From the NCBI GenBank assembly GCA_039931865.1, contig JBDTRB010000001.1, positions 200 through 64,199 of the forward strand: DNA of 64,000 bases, written 5' to 3'. Source of the stretch: Acidobacteriota bacterium. Lineage in GTDB: Bacteria > Acidobacteriota > Thermoanaerobaculia > UBA5066 > Gp7-AA6. The notes under the pieces were generated by a model, which saw only the letters and a list, made by a program, of their open reading frames with translations, made no database searches and was not told the origin of the DNA. Shown here piece after piece: positions 47,907 to 57,313 of this stretch. Position 1 is the first letter of the stretch. Every line of letters starts with the position of its first letter. The position numbers were made by a program, and so were the translations under genes.

Positions 47907-48226
47907 ACCGGCGGGCGGGTCGGCCGGATGCGGCCTCCACCGCCCGCCTGATCCCTCCGTTCGCTCTCGCTCCCGCTTAGCCACCACCGTGGTGAAACCT
48001 CCCTCTCCCCGCGATCGGGGAGAGGGCCGGGGTGAGGGGCCCCGCAGGGAGTTGGTGTGGCTTCGCCGGGCAGATGGCTGCGCCGCTCACTCCGACTCCG
48101 GGAAACCGGCGTCTTCTCCTTGGTTTCCTTGAGAGCCGCTCGCGCCATTTCTGTGGCCCGATCCATGCACCGCCGCGGACCTTGGCTTTTCCGGGGGCGC
48201 TGCGCACCAATACCCGCAACTCCCGC

Positions 48227-49012
48227 GTGCCGCAGGCCGAGGATCTCCCGGCCGCCGCGAGGCGATGCCGGAAGAAGTTCCGTCGATTCTTTCCGGGAGG
48301 ATTTCGCGACGAGACCTATCTCGACTGGGAGCGCAACTACAAGGCGGCCGCGCACGATCAGTGGGAGCAGTCGCTCGGGCACGATCAGTACCGGACGCTT
48401 TTGAAGGCGGGCCGTTTCGAAGAGATCGCGGCGCTCGCGGTCCGGATCGAGTCGAAGACCAACCTCCTGTTCTCGTTCGAGAAGATGGCTCTCCGGGACG
48501 CCGTCAAGCCGGCCGCGGGAGCGCGGCTCTTCGCGGAAGGGCTGTACGAATTTCTCCACGGCGACCGGAATCCGGAAAAGAGCTTCGAGCGATGGTGCGC
48601 CGTCGTCGGCTCGCTCCCCCGGCGGCAGACCCGGGTTCTCACGTGGCCGGTCGTCACGGTCTTCGGAGAGCCGCCTGAAATTCGCCGGCCGGGTCCGATC
48701 AGATTTAAAGGACCTGCGGCCGAAAGACATGATCGACCTCCAGTCCTTCCTCTGGGTGCAGGGGTCGGACGAGTACGCCTGACCGTCGCCTCCGCTCACT
48801 CCGGGACGTGCCGTTCGCCGTGCGCGAACCGCACCGGCGAGTCCCATTCGACTTCGGGCTCGACCGCTCGCCTCCTTCCCGCCGGCTCCCGCTTCGCCTC
48901 CCTTTCGACGACGGGCACCTGTGCTCCTGTTCCGCTCCTCACCGCGCGCGCCGACGGCCGGGTGAAGGGGAGATTTTGGCTGAGACGGTCCTGGGGGCCG
49001 ACTGACCCCTGA
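48227..49012 (+). CDS. Hypothetical protein (frame, start and end uncertain)
   Basis: The frame of track ORF 48032-49012 encodes protein-like sequence ...DETYLDWERNYKAAAHDQWEQSLGHDQYRTLLKAGRFEEIAALAVRIESKTNLLFSFEKMALRDAVKP...LYEFLHGDRNPEKSFERWCAVVGSLPRRQTRVLTWPVVTVFGEPPE..., but it has no ATG; GTG at 48227 is a possible start. The C-terminal part is Arg/Pro/Ser-rich and may be non-coding. Confidence 0.3.
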   Translation: MPQAEDLPAAARRCRKKFRRFFPGGFRDETYLDWERNYKAAAHDQWEQSLGHDQYRTLLKAGRFEEIAALAVRIESKTNLLFSFEKMALRDAVKPAAGARLFAEGLYEFLHGDRNPEKSFERWCAVVGSLPRRQTRVLTWPVVTVFGEPPEIRRPGPIRFKGPAAERHDRPPVLPLGAGVGRVRLTVASAHSGTCRSPCANRTGESHSTSGSTARLLPAGSRFASLSTTGTCAPVPLLTARADGRVKGRFWLRRSWGPTDP

Positions 49013-49062
49013 CCCGACCCGTCCGGCCGCTGACCTTCGCCGGGGGGCGCGGTGTCGACGCC

Positions 49063-49092
49063 GCAAAAACAAGAACCCCGCCGTGGCGGGGC
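49063..49092 (-). terminator. Rho-independent terminator (GC stem followed by U-tract) for the Ig-like repeat protein gene
   Basis: Minus-strand RNA reads AGCCCCGCCACGGCGGGGUUCUUGUUUUUGCGG, 25 nt after the TAG stop at 49117-49119. Confidence 0.6.
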
Positions 49093-49116
49093 TCTTGAGA
49101 GGAACCGAGAGGGTCC

Positions 49117-50901
49117 CTAACTCTTGATGAGCGAGTTGTTGACCACCACGAATTTGCGCCGGCCGATCTCGGTCCTGCGCGGGGCGACGCCGCCCGGGTT
49201 GTCGTAGGCGTAGATCACCAGGTCGTGCTCCGTGTCCGTCATGTGCGTCGTGTCGATCGGGAAGAAGAAACCGACGTCCGGGGTCGGGACGCGGATGTCG
49301 TTGTCCGGTACGTCCGGGCGGTACAGCCCGTAGGTTCCGGAGGGGACGTCGAGGGTCGCCAGAACCTGACCGTCGACGTCGAGCTCCAGGCGGGAGATCC
49401 CGCCGTCGAAGTCATAGGCCCAGCCGGAGACGAGGAACGTCTGGTTGATGAACTGGTACTCGTACGGAGAGTCGACGTACCCGAACGCCGGCCGGTCGGG
49501 GTTGATGTTGGAGAGGTCGCAGAGGATGTCGACCGACATGGCCGCGATCTGGATGACCGTCGCCTCGTCGTCGCCGACCCGCAGAGCGAGAGTGTGCTTG
49601 CCCGAGTTGGTCAGTCCGGTCACCTGGGCGCCTCCGGCCGCGGCCGGGATCACCACCTGCAGGAGGCCGGTGGACGAGTCCTGCTGGAGGGCGAACGCGA
49701 AGTTGAAGCCGGCGTTGTCCGCGTTCACGTAACCCGAATAGGCGCGCGCGACGTCGGGGCGATTGACGCCGTAGCAGTTCAGGAGCGCCGTCCCCAGCCG
49801 GACGCAGTCCCGGCGGCTGTTGGAGATCGGCTCGCCATCCAGGAGCAGCTCGACGTAGGCGACCTGGCCCTTGTCCAGCCGCGATCCCGTGTCGAGGGCC
49901 CAGCCCTTGACGATGTTGCTGAAGAAGGAGACCGGGAGAGCTGGAGTTCCGCTCGGGCCCGGCGGGAAGCACGGGGACGGGCAGACGTTCGGGGGCGGCA
50001 CGATCGTGAAGGGTGGCTGGCAGTTCAGCGAAGCCTTGTCGAGGGGAAAGTCGATCCTCCCGAAAGGCGCCAGATTGCTGCCGTTGTTGATGATCTGGAC
50101 GGTACGCGTGCCGATCACTCTTGCCGTTCCAGTCGAGTCCGTGACGCGCACCGAGAAGACGTGCACGCCATTTAAAAGCTTCGTCGTGTCGACGTTGGCG
50201 ACGAATCCCGAAAAGAGCGCGAACGGCACGTCGGGAAACGCGGCGGCTACGTCGGGCCGGGTCGTCCCGTAGGTGGCGGTCTGCGGGTTCGTCCCCCCGG
50301 AGCGGCCGCGGCCGGCGTCGCCGACCCGTCCGATCGCTCCCGCGACGATCTGGCCGTCTACCAGAAAGTCGATGTGGTCGATCCCCTGATCATCGAGGGC
50401 CCATCCCACGATCGGGTAGGAGCCGTTGGCCCCCTCGGTCACGTTGTCGGCGGGCGTGTCGATGTATCCGAAGGCCGCCTGGTTGATCGTATTGTCGACG
50501 ATGACCGAGACGGGCCCGAGGGTGAAGGTGCTGCCCGACGATTCGGTCACGCGGATCGAGATCGAGTGGGTGCCGTTCGAGAGCGATCGCGTGTAAAACG
50601 AGGTGATGTACCCCGGTTTGGGCGTCGCGCTGTTGGCGTAGTTCGGAAACGCGTTCAGAACGTCGATGCGCGGCAGGTTGAAATCCGCCGTGTTCGTGGG
50701 GAGGGAGTTGCCGTCGACGAACAGATCGATCCGGTCGACCTTGTTGAAGTCGAGAACCCACCCTGCGACGCGAACGACGCCGGAGACCCGCTGCCCCGCC
50801 GTGGGCTCGTCGATGACTCCGATCGGCTGCGCGGCCGCCAGTGCGGACATGAGCAGACCGGCTCCCGCCAGAAGCGCCAGATGCCGGGGCGCCGTCTTCA
50901 T
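49117..50901 (-). CDS. Secreted protein with four tandem about-130-aa Ig-like/beta-sandwich repeats
   Basis: 594 aa, signal peptide MKTAPRHLALLAGAGLLMSALAAAQP. Four repeats each begin G(V/Y/R)(I/V)D and carry a GW(V/A)(L/Y)D...I(D/S)...(L/F)xVDGQ core (GVIDEPTAGQ...VAGWVLD...IDLFVDGN; GYIDTPADN...IVGWALD...IDFLVDGQ; GRIDFPLDK...VKGWALD...VELLLDGE; GYVDSPYEY...VSGWAYD...LELDVDGQ). GGAGG RBS. Confidence 0.7.
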   Translation of the reverse strand: MKTAPRHLALLAGAGLLMSALAAAQPIGVIDEPTAGQRVSGVVRVAGWVLDFNKVDRIDLFVDGNSLPTNTADFNLPRIDVLNAFPNYANSATPKPGYITSFYTRSLSNGTHSISIRVTESSGSTFTLGPVSVIVDNTINQAAFGYIDTPADNVTEGANGSYPIVGWALDDQGIDHIDFLVDGQIVAGAIGRVGDAGRGRSGGTNPQTATYGTTRPDVAAAFPDVPFALFSGFVANVDTTKLLNGVHVFSVRVTDSTGTARVIGTRTVQIINNGSNLAPFGRIDFPLDKASLNCQPPFTIVPPPNVCPSPCFPPGPSGTPALPVSFFSNIVKGWALDTGSRLDKGQVAYVELLLDGEPISNSRRDCVRLGTALLNCYGVNRPDVARAYSGYVNADNAGFNFAFALQQDSSTGLLQVVIPAAAGGAQVTGLTNSGKHTLALRVGDDEATVIQIAAMSVDILCDLSNINPDRPAFGYVDSPYEYQFINQTFLVSGWAYDFDGGISRLELDVDGQVLATLDVPSGTYGLYRPDVPDNDIRVPTPDVGFFFPIDTTHMTDTEHDLVIYAYDNPGGVAPRRTEIGRRKFVVVNNSLIKS

Positions 50902-51107
50902 TCGCTATCCTCCCGAAAAAGTAAGAAAAGAATGGCCAAATTTCTGCGGAAAGTCAAGTGTTCGAAGATGTTCGCCTCATTTTTTTAGGCAAAAGCGCTT
51001 CTGAAATGCTAAAACTTGGTGGCAAACCGATGTTCGTGCCCTCCCCTTTTCCGTTGGTCCCGGCCTCCCGAGCCGGCCGCCGGGCCACGGCCGGAGGCTA
51101 GGCGCGC

Positions 51108-52130
51108 ATGCGTCCGTTCTGGAGATCTCGCGCGGCGCAGGTGGCCCTGTCCCTCCTTCTCGCGGGGGTGCTGCTCTTCCTTTTTCTCCGACAGGTCCGT
51201 TTCAAAGAGCTCGGCGCCGCGCTTGCGGCCGTTTCCCCCGGGTGGGTCTTCGGCGCAACGGCGATCGCCATTTCGACATTCGGGCTGCGAGCCATCCGCT
51301 GGACGTGGCTGCTCCGCCCGCTCGCGCGCGTCCCGTTCCTTCCCGCGTTTGCCGCGACCTCCGTCGGATTTGCCGCCAACAACCTCCCGGGAAAGGTGGG
51401 CGAGGTCCTGCGGCCGGCGTTCCTCGCGCGGTCGCGACGCCTGCCGTTTTCGCCGCTTCTCGCCTCGATCGTGCTCGAGCGGGTCTTAGACGGCGTTTCG
51501 GTGGTCGTCTTCTTCGCCATCGCGATGGCCGCCGGCCTTCCCCGAGCCGGCGGGCTCGGACAGCTCGCCTTCCCCGCCGTCTTCATGGTCGGGGCCGTCG
51601 GCGTCGTCGTCTTCGCTGTCTTCCAGCGCGCCCGAACCGAGGCGCTGCTCGACCTCATCTGGCGCCGCCTCCCGATACGGATGCAGCCCCGGCTGCGTTC
51701 CTTCGCGGGATCGTTCATCGACGGCTTCGCCACACTGCGCGACCCCGCGCTCTTCATCCTGGTCGCGGCGGGATCTCTCGCGATGTGGTTCGTGATCAAC
51801 GTTCAGGTCGCGGCACTCTTCCGCGCGTTCCATCTGCCGCTGCCCTTCTCCGCCGCTTTCGTGGTCACGACGTTCGCGGTGCTCGGCCTGATGGTCCCGA
51901 CCCCGGGGGGGCTCGGCTCGTACCACGTCGCCGTCCAGTTCGCGCTGACCTACTTCTACGGGGTGAACGTCGCGACGGCGTCTGCCGTGGCTCTCCTCGC
52001 GCACGCGATCTCGTTCGTGCCCATCACGCTGATCGGACTCGTTTTCCTTCTCGCCGCTCCGGCAGCCGAGACCACCGTTCCGGACGCGGGCGCTCGCGTG
52101 CCCCCGCCTCCGGACGGTCCCCGGGGCTGA
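51108..52130 (+). CDS. UPF0104 / lysylphosphatidylglycerol-synthase-TM-like (flippase-like) membrane protein
   Basis: 340 aa polytopic membrane protein with the family's conserved ...[21 protein letters not shown]... segment. Confidence 0.65.
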   Translation: MRPFWRSRAAQVALSLLLAGVLLFLFLRQVRFKELGAALAAVSPGWVFGATAIAISTFGLRAIRWTWLLRPLARVPFLPAFAATSVGFAANNLPGKVGEVLRPAFLARSRRLPFSPLLASIVLERVLDGVSVVVFFAIAMAAGLPRAGGLGQLAFPAVFMVGAVGVVVFAVFQRARTEALLDLIWRRLPIRMQPRLRSFAGSFIDGFATLRDPALFILVAAGSLAMWFVINVQVAALFRAFHLPLPFSAAFVVTTFAVLGLMVPTPGGLGSYHVAVQFALTYFYGVNVATASAVALLAHAISFVPITLIGLVFLLAAPAAETTVPDAGARVPPPPDGPRG

Positions 52131-52168
52131 GATGGCCGACAGGGGCGGCACGCGATACTCTTGGGGCA

Positions 52169-52642
52169 ATGCGTTGCCCTTTCTGCGGGGGAGGAGACGA
52201 CCGGGTCGTGGACTCCCGCGAAGGACGCGACGGAGAAGTGATCCGGCGCCGGCGGGAGTGCGTCTCCTGCGGCCGCCGATTCACCTCATACGAAACGATC
52301 GAAGAGATCCCCTACATGGTGGTGAAGAACGACGGGCGGCGAGAGAGCTTCGACCGCAAAAAGCTTCGCGGCGGGCTCGTGAAGGCAGTCGAGAAGAGAC
52401 CCGTCGCGCCGGCGAAGCTCGACGCGATCGTGGACGAAATCGAGACGCGCCTGCACGATTCGGAAGAGCGCGAAATCGCGACCAGCCAGATCGGATCCGT
52501 CGTGATGGAGCGGCTCCGGGAGCTCGACAAGGTCGCCTACGTCCGCTTTGCCTCGGTCTACCGGAAGTTCGAAGACGTGGATGAATTCCTTCACGAGCTG
52601 AAGGACCTGATCGGCCGCGCGGAAACGAAAACCTCCGGATAG
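52169..52642 (+). CDS. nrdR: Transcriptional repressor NrdR
   Basis: 157 aa from [66 protein letters not shown] (zinc ribbon plus ATP-cone). The track ORF from 51242 is an overlapping extension. Confidence 0.9.
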   Translation: MRCPFCGGGDDRVVDSREGRDGEVIRRRRECVSCGRRFTSYETIEEIPYMVVKNDGRRESFDRKKLRGGLVKAVEKRPVAPAKLDAIVDEIETRLHDSEEREIATSQIGSVVMERLRELDKVAYVRFASVYRKFEDVDEFLHELKDLIGRAETKTSG

Positions 52643-52656
52643 GAGACACCGATCGT

Positions 52657-53130
52657 ATGAGACGTTCCGGAAAGTTCTACGGCCCCATGGTCGAGCTCTC
52701 CCGCCTCCAGAGCGAGTTGAACCGCCTCTTTGCGACGTTCGTCGAGAGCAACCAGGGCACCGCGACGACCGCGACCTCGTGGGATCCGAACGTCGACGTG
52801 ATGGACGACGGACAGAGGCTTCGGATCTTGATCGAGGTGCCGGGCGTCGACGCCGAAGACGTGCGGGTCACGGTGAGAGGCCGCGTGCTGACCGTCCGGG
52901 GCACCAAGAGAGGCCGCACGCGATCGCGCGAAGGCATCCGATTCTTCTGCATGGAGCGCTACTTCGGAGGCTTCGTCAAATCAGTCGCGCTTCCCCGCGC
53001 GGTGAACACGCACCAGGCGAACACGGTGCTCCGGGAAGGTCTTCTCGAGATCGTGCTTCCTCACGTTCCGGACCAGAGAGAGAAGGAAACCGAGATTCCC
53101 GTCCGCGCCGAAGAGGAGCGGCGGGAATGA
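52657..53130 (+). CDS. Hsp20/alpha-crystallin small heat-shock protein
   Basis: 157 aa, ...WDPNVDVMDDGQRLRILIEVPGVDAEDVRVTVRGRVLTVRGTK...FERSVALP... alpha-crystallin domain. Confidence 0.85.
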   Translation: MRRSGKFYGPMVELSRLQSELNRLFATFVESNQGTATTATSWDPNVDVMDDGQRLRILIEVPGVDAEDVRVTVRGRVLTVRGTKRGRTRSREGIRFFCMERYFGGFVKSVALPRAVNTHQANTVLREGLLEIVLPHVPDQREKETEIPVRAEEERRE

Positions 53131-53204
53131 GCGGGTCCGTTTCCCGATTTTCAACTGCCATAACCACGAGTCCCCGACAGAGGACAGAACGGAACGTCTG
53201 AACC

Positions 53205-55664
53205 ATGCCTGAAACGGAAGAAAAAGAAGTCGCATCCGAGAGGGAGCACGAGCTTCCGATACCGGACATCCTCCCCGTCCTGCCTCTGAAGGACGTGGTG
53301 GTGTTCCCGTTCATCATTCTCCCGCTCTCGGTTTCGCGTGAGAAGTCGATCACGGCGGTCGACGCGGCCCTGGCTGAGCAGCGCATCATCATGCTCGTCG
53401 CGCAGCGCGACGCGCAGAGTGAGACGCCGCGCCCGGAAGAGCTCTTTCCGGTCGGGACGGTGGCGGCGATCATGCGGATGTTGAAGCTTCCCGACGGCCG
53501 GATCCGTCTGCTCGTGCAGGGGCTTTCCCGCGCGCGAGTGGACTCGTTCCTATCGGAGGAGCCGTACCTCAAGGCGAAAATCACGAAGCTCGAAGAGCCG
53601 CCGACCCCCAAGGTCCTTCCGCCCGAACAGGAAGCGCTCCTGCGCAGCGTCAAACAGAATCTGGAGAAATCGGTCTCTCTCGGGAAGAACATTTCGCCGG
53701 AGGTCATGGTGATCGCGGCGAACCTGGACGACCCGGCGCGCCTCGCGGACCTCGCGGCGTCGAACCTGGACCTGAAGCTCGAGGACGCTCAGAAGGTGCT
53801 CGAGTCGACCGATCCGATCGAGCGGCTGCGGCTGGTCAACGACAGCCTGAGCAAAGAGATCACGGTCCTGACCATGCAACAGGAGATCTCGTCTCAGGCG
53901 CGCGGGGAGATGGACAAGTCTCAGCGCGAGTACTACCTCCGCCAGCAGCTGCGCGCGATCCAGCAGGAGCTCGGCGAGGGCGAGGAGATGTCGGAAGACG
54001 TCGCGCAGTTCCGAAAGCTCGTCGCCGAAAAGAAGATCACGCCGGAAGCGGCCGGGGAGATCGAAAAGCAGATCAAGCGGCTCGAGAGAAGCCACCCGGA
54101 TTCCGCGGAGACGGCAATCATCCGCACGTACCTCGACTGGCTGACCGGTCTCCCGTGGGGCAACATGTCGGAAGACTCTGCCGACATCGACCGCGCCCGG
54201 GAGATCCTGGACGAGGACCACTACGACATCGAGAAGGTCAAGGAACGGATCATCGAGTACCTGGCGGTCCACGCGTTGAAGAAAACTCTCAAGGGACCGA
54301 TCCTGTGCTTCGTCGGGCCTCCGGGCGTCGGAAAGACGTCTCTCGGGCGCTCTATCGCCCGCGCGCTCGACCGCAAGTTTGTCCGGCTCTCTCTCGGCGG
54401 CGTCCGCGACGAGGCCGAGATCCGCGGTCATCGGCGCACGTACGTAGGGGCGATGCCCGGGCGCATCGTTCAGGGGATTCACCAGGCGGGGACCTCGAAC
54501 CCCGTCTTCATGCTCGACGAGATCGACAAGATCGGGGCGGACTACCGGGGAGACCCCTCGTCGGCGCTCTTAGAAGTGCTCGACCCCGAGCAGAACTTCT
54601 CCTTTCGCGATCATTACCTGAGCGTGCCGTACGACCTCTCGAAGGTGCTCTTCATCGCGACGGCGAACATCCTCGATCCCATCCAGCCCGCGTTTCTCGA
54701 CCGGATGGAGGTCATCCGGCTGTCCGGGTACACGATGGAGGAAAAGCGCACGATCGCGCGGCGCCACCTGATCCCGAAGCAGCTCGAGGAGAACGGCATC
54801 GGCGAAGGAAACCTCGAATTCACCGACTCGGGCGTCGAGAAGATCATCGAGGGCTACACGCGAGAGGCGGGGCTTCGGAATCTCGAGCGGGAGATCGGCT
54901 CGGTCTGCCGGAAGGTCGCTGTCGCCGTGGCCAAGGGGAAGAACCGCCGGTATCGCATCACGGCCGCGTCGGTCGAGAAGATGCTCGGACCCGTCAAGCA
55001 TTTTGCCGACGAGCTCCTCAAGAAGGACGAGATCGGGGTTTCGACGGGCCTCGCGTGGACTTCCGTCGGCGGAGACATCCTTTTCATCGAGGCGCTCGCC
55101 GTCCGCGGCAAGGGAGGTCTGCGCCTGACCGGTCAGCTCGGCGACGTGATGAAGGAATCGGCACAGGCGGCGATGTCGTACGCCCGCGCGCACGCCTCGG
55201 ACCTCGGAATCCCCGACGACTTTTTCGAGACACACGATGTCCACGTGCACGTCCCGGAGGGCTCGATCCCGAAAGACGGCCCCTCCGCCGGAATCACGAT
55301 GGCCACCGCGATGATCTCCGCCTTCACCCAGAGGCTCGCCCGGCGTGACGTCGCGATGACGGGAGAGATCACCCTGCGCGGGGAAGTGCTGCCGATCGGA
55401 GGGGTCAAGGAAAAGGTGCTGGCCGCCCGTCAGGCGAACATCAAGACGATCATCCTGCCGAGGTTGAACCGCCGCGACGTCATCCAGGTGAACCCCCGGA
55501 TCCTCCACGGTATGCAGTTCGAATACGTCGACAACGTGGATCAGGTGCTCGACATCGCCCTGTTTCCGCGGGAACCGCGAAACGCCCCTCCCGCCGCGGG
55601 AGCGCCCCCACGCGAGATCCCGGTCACTCCTCCCTCCCGTCCCCCCGTGCGGCCGAATCCCTGA
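53205..55664 (+). CDS. lon: ATP-dependent protease Lon
   Basis: 819 aa. N-terminal LON domain, Walker A ([15 protein letters not shown]), C-terminal serine-protease region ([20 protein letters not shown]). Confidence 0.95.
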   Translation: MPETEEKEVASEREHELPIPDILPVLPLKDVVVFPFIILPLSVSREKSITAVDAALAEQRIIMLVAQRDAQSETPRPEELFPVGTVAAIMRMLKLPDGRIRLLVQGLSRARVDSFLSEEPYLKAKITKLEEPPTPKVLPPEQEALLRSVKQNLEKSVSLGKNISPEVMVIAANLDDPARLADLAASNLDLKLEDAQKVLESTDPIERLRLVNDSLSKEITVLTMQQEISSQARGEMDKSQREYYLRQQLRAIQQELGEGEEMSEDVAQFRKLVAEKKITPEAAGEIEKQIKRLERSHPDSAETAIIRTYLDWLTGLPWGNMSEDSADIDRAREILDEDHYDIEKVKERIIEYLAVHALKKTLKGPILCFVGPPGVGKTSLGRSIARALDRKFVRLSLGGVRDEAEIRGHRRTYVGAMPGRIVQGIHQAGTSNPVFMLDEIDKIGADYRGDPSSALLEVLDPEQNFSFRDHYLSVPYDLSKVLFIATANILDPIQPAFLDRMEVIRLSGYTMEEKRTIARRHLIPKQLEENGIGEGNLEFTDSGVEKIIEGYTREAGLRNLEREIGSVCRKVAVAVAKGKNRRYRITAASVEKMLGPVKHFADELLKKDEIGVSTGLAWTSVGGDILFIEALAVRGKGGLRLTGQLGDVMKESAQAAMSYARAHASDLGIPDDFFETHDVHVHVPEGSIPKDGPSAGITMATAMISAFTQRLARRDVAMTGEITLRGEVLPIGGVKEKVLAARQANIKTIILPRLNRRDVIQVNPRILHGMQFEYVDNVDQVLDIALFPREPRNAPPAAGAPPREIPVTPPSRPPVRPNP

Positions 55665-55703
55665 GGCGGGCCGCCGCGGCGGGTTCGTGAATAATGCGCC
55701 CGC

Positions 55704-56681
55704 ATGAGGGCGGAAGACCGGTTCGTTGAGCGCCTTCGGCAGATGCTGCCGCCCGACGAGGCGCTCCTCCTCGGACCCGGGGACGACGCGGCCGTGCTGC
55801 GCCGCGCGCCAGGCGACGGCATCGCTACGACGGACATGCTCGTCGAGGGAGTCGATTTCCTGGCCGGGGAAGACCCCGAGCGCCTCGGACGCCGCGCGGT
55901 TTCCGTGAATCTGTCGGACGCCGCCGCGATGGGCGCCCGCCCCCGCTCCTTTCTGCTCTCGATCGCCCTGCCACCGGACCGCGACGAGGAATTCGCCCTC
56001 GCGGTCTGCCGCGGGGCGATTGCCCGCGGCCGGGAGCATGGAGCCGGGCTCGCGGGAGGCGACCTGTCGCGAGCGCCGTGCGTGTTCGTTTCCGTGACCC
56101 TCTGGGGCGACGTCGAGGGCGCGCCTCTCACGCGCTCCGGAGCGGTCGCGGGCGATCTCCTCTACCTGTCCGGGGCCACCGGCCGCGCGGCGGCAGGTCT
56201 GCGCCTCGCCCGGGCCGGGATCGGGGCCTCGGAGTTTCCGGGAGCCGGTGAGCTGCTCGACGCGTACCACGACCCGGAGCCGCGGGTGGCCCTGGGTCTC
56301 GCGCTCTCGAGGTCGGGACTCGCGCACGCGGCGATCGACGTCTCCGACGGGCTCGGCGTCGATTCCGCGCGCATCGCGTCGGCGTCGGGGGTCCGGGTCG
56401 TTCTGGAGCGCGAGCGGATCCCGGTGGCGGCGTCCGTCGCGGCGGCTGCCAGGCGCCAGGGCGTCGATCCGCTCGAATGGGTCGTGTCGGGTGGCGACGA
56501 CTACGAGATCCTCTTCGCGATCCCGGAAGGCGCCGCCTCGGCCGTCGCGTCTCTGGGCGGAGGAGTCCCTCTCACGCGGATCGGCCGGGTCGAGACGGGA
56601 TCCGGCGCGGTCCTGCGCGATGCCTCCGGCGAGACGGACCTTTCCCGAGCGGGATACGACCACTTCGAGAAGCTCCCGTGA
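55704..56681 (+). CDS. thiL: Thiamine-monophosphate kinase
   Basis: 325 aa, ...DMLVEGVDFLAGEDPERLGRRAVSVNLSDAAAMGARP... AIR-synthase-related fold typical of ThiL. Confidence 0.85.
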   Translation: MRAEDRFVERLRQMLPPDEALLLGPGDDAAVLRRAPGDGIATTDMLVEGVDFLAGEDPERLGRRAVSVNLSDAAAMGARPRSFLLSIALPPDRDEEFALAVCRGAIARGREHGAGLAGGDLSRAPCVFVSVTLWGDVEGAPLTRSGAVAGDLLYLSGATGRAAAGLRLARAGIGASEFPGAGELLDAYHDPEPRVALGLALSRSGLAHAAIDVSDGLGVDSARIASASGVRVVLERERIPVAASVAAAARRQGVDPLEWVVSGGDDYEILFAIPEGAASAVASLGGGVPLTRIGRVETGSGAVLRDASGETDLSRAGYDHFEKLP

Positions 56682-56689
56682 AACTTCCG

Positions 56690-57307
56690 ATGAGTCGCGC
56701 CTTCCGGCGCAGAAAAGTTCACCGCTGGAGGCTGCGCCGCCGCTGGCGCGTGCTCGTGCTCGACCTTCTCGGCCGCGAGGAGTCACCCGAGAGGGTCGCC
56801 GCGGCGATCGGGCTCGGCATCGCAATAGGCTTCTCGCCGTTCGTCGGTCTGCACCTGGTCCTCGCGCTGGCCCTGGCTCTCCTTTTCCGGTTGAACAAGC
56901 TCGACGCCGTCCTCGGCACCCTGGCGGGGAATGTCCCGACCTGGGGTGTCGTGTTCCCGCTCGGTTTCAGTCTCGGCCGCTGGATCCTCCGTTATGACCG
57001 CCGGATCGTCCCCCGCATGAACCTGGAGCCGCTCCTGCACAGCGACTTCACCTGGATCTTTCACCCGGTGCGCACGCTCCACGTGGTCTTCGGACATCGG
57101 GCTCTGTGGCCCCGGCTGCTGTCCTTTCTGGTGGGCACGACGATCCTGGCGATCGCCTTGGGCGTCGTCTCCGCGCTCGTCGCACGCGCCATCCTGCGCC
57201 TGTACCACGAGCGTCATCCGCGGGTCGCGGTCCGCGCCGCCAACCGACGGCGCGCCGCAAACGATGAGCGCACTACGGACCGGGAGAAATCGGAGGAGGA
57301 GAAGTAG
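56690..57307 (+). CDS. DUF2062-domain membrane protein
   Basis: About 205 aa from MSRAFRRRKVHRWRLRRRW...ESPERVAAAIGLGIAIGFSPFVGLHLVLALALALLFRLNKLDAVLGTLAGNVPTWG (DUF2062 core). An alternative GTG start at 56678 overlaps the thiL stop. Confidence 0.65.
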   Translation: MSRAFRRRKVHRWRLRRRWRVLVLDLLGREESPERVAAAIGLGIAIGFSPFVGLHLVLALALALLFRLNKLDAVLGTLAGNVPTWGVVFPLGFSLGRWILRYDRRIVPRMNLEPLLHSDFTWIFHPVRTLHVVFGHRALWPRLLSFLVGTTILAIALGVVSALVARAILRLYHERHPRVAVRAANRRRAANDERTTDREKSEEEK

Positions 57308-57313
57308 TCGCGT

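Noticed and set aside
47852-49072. 406-aa minus-strand ORF
   Set aside because: Pro/Arg/Gly-rich with no homology; antisense to the only plausible coding frame and to intergenic hairpins.
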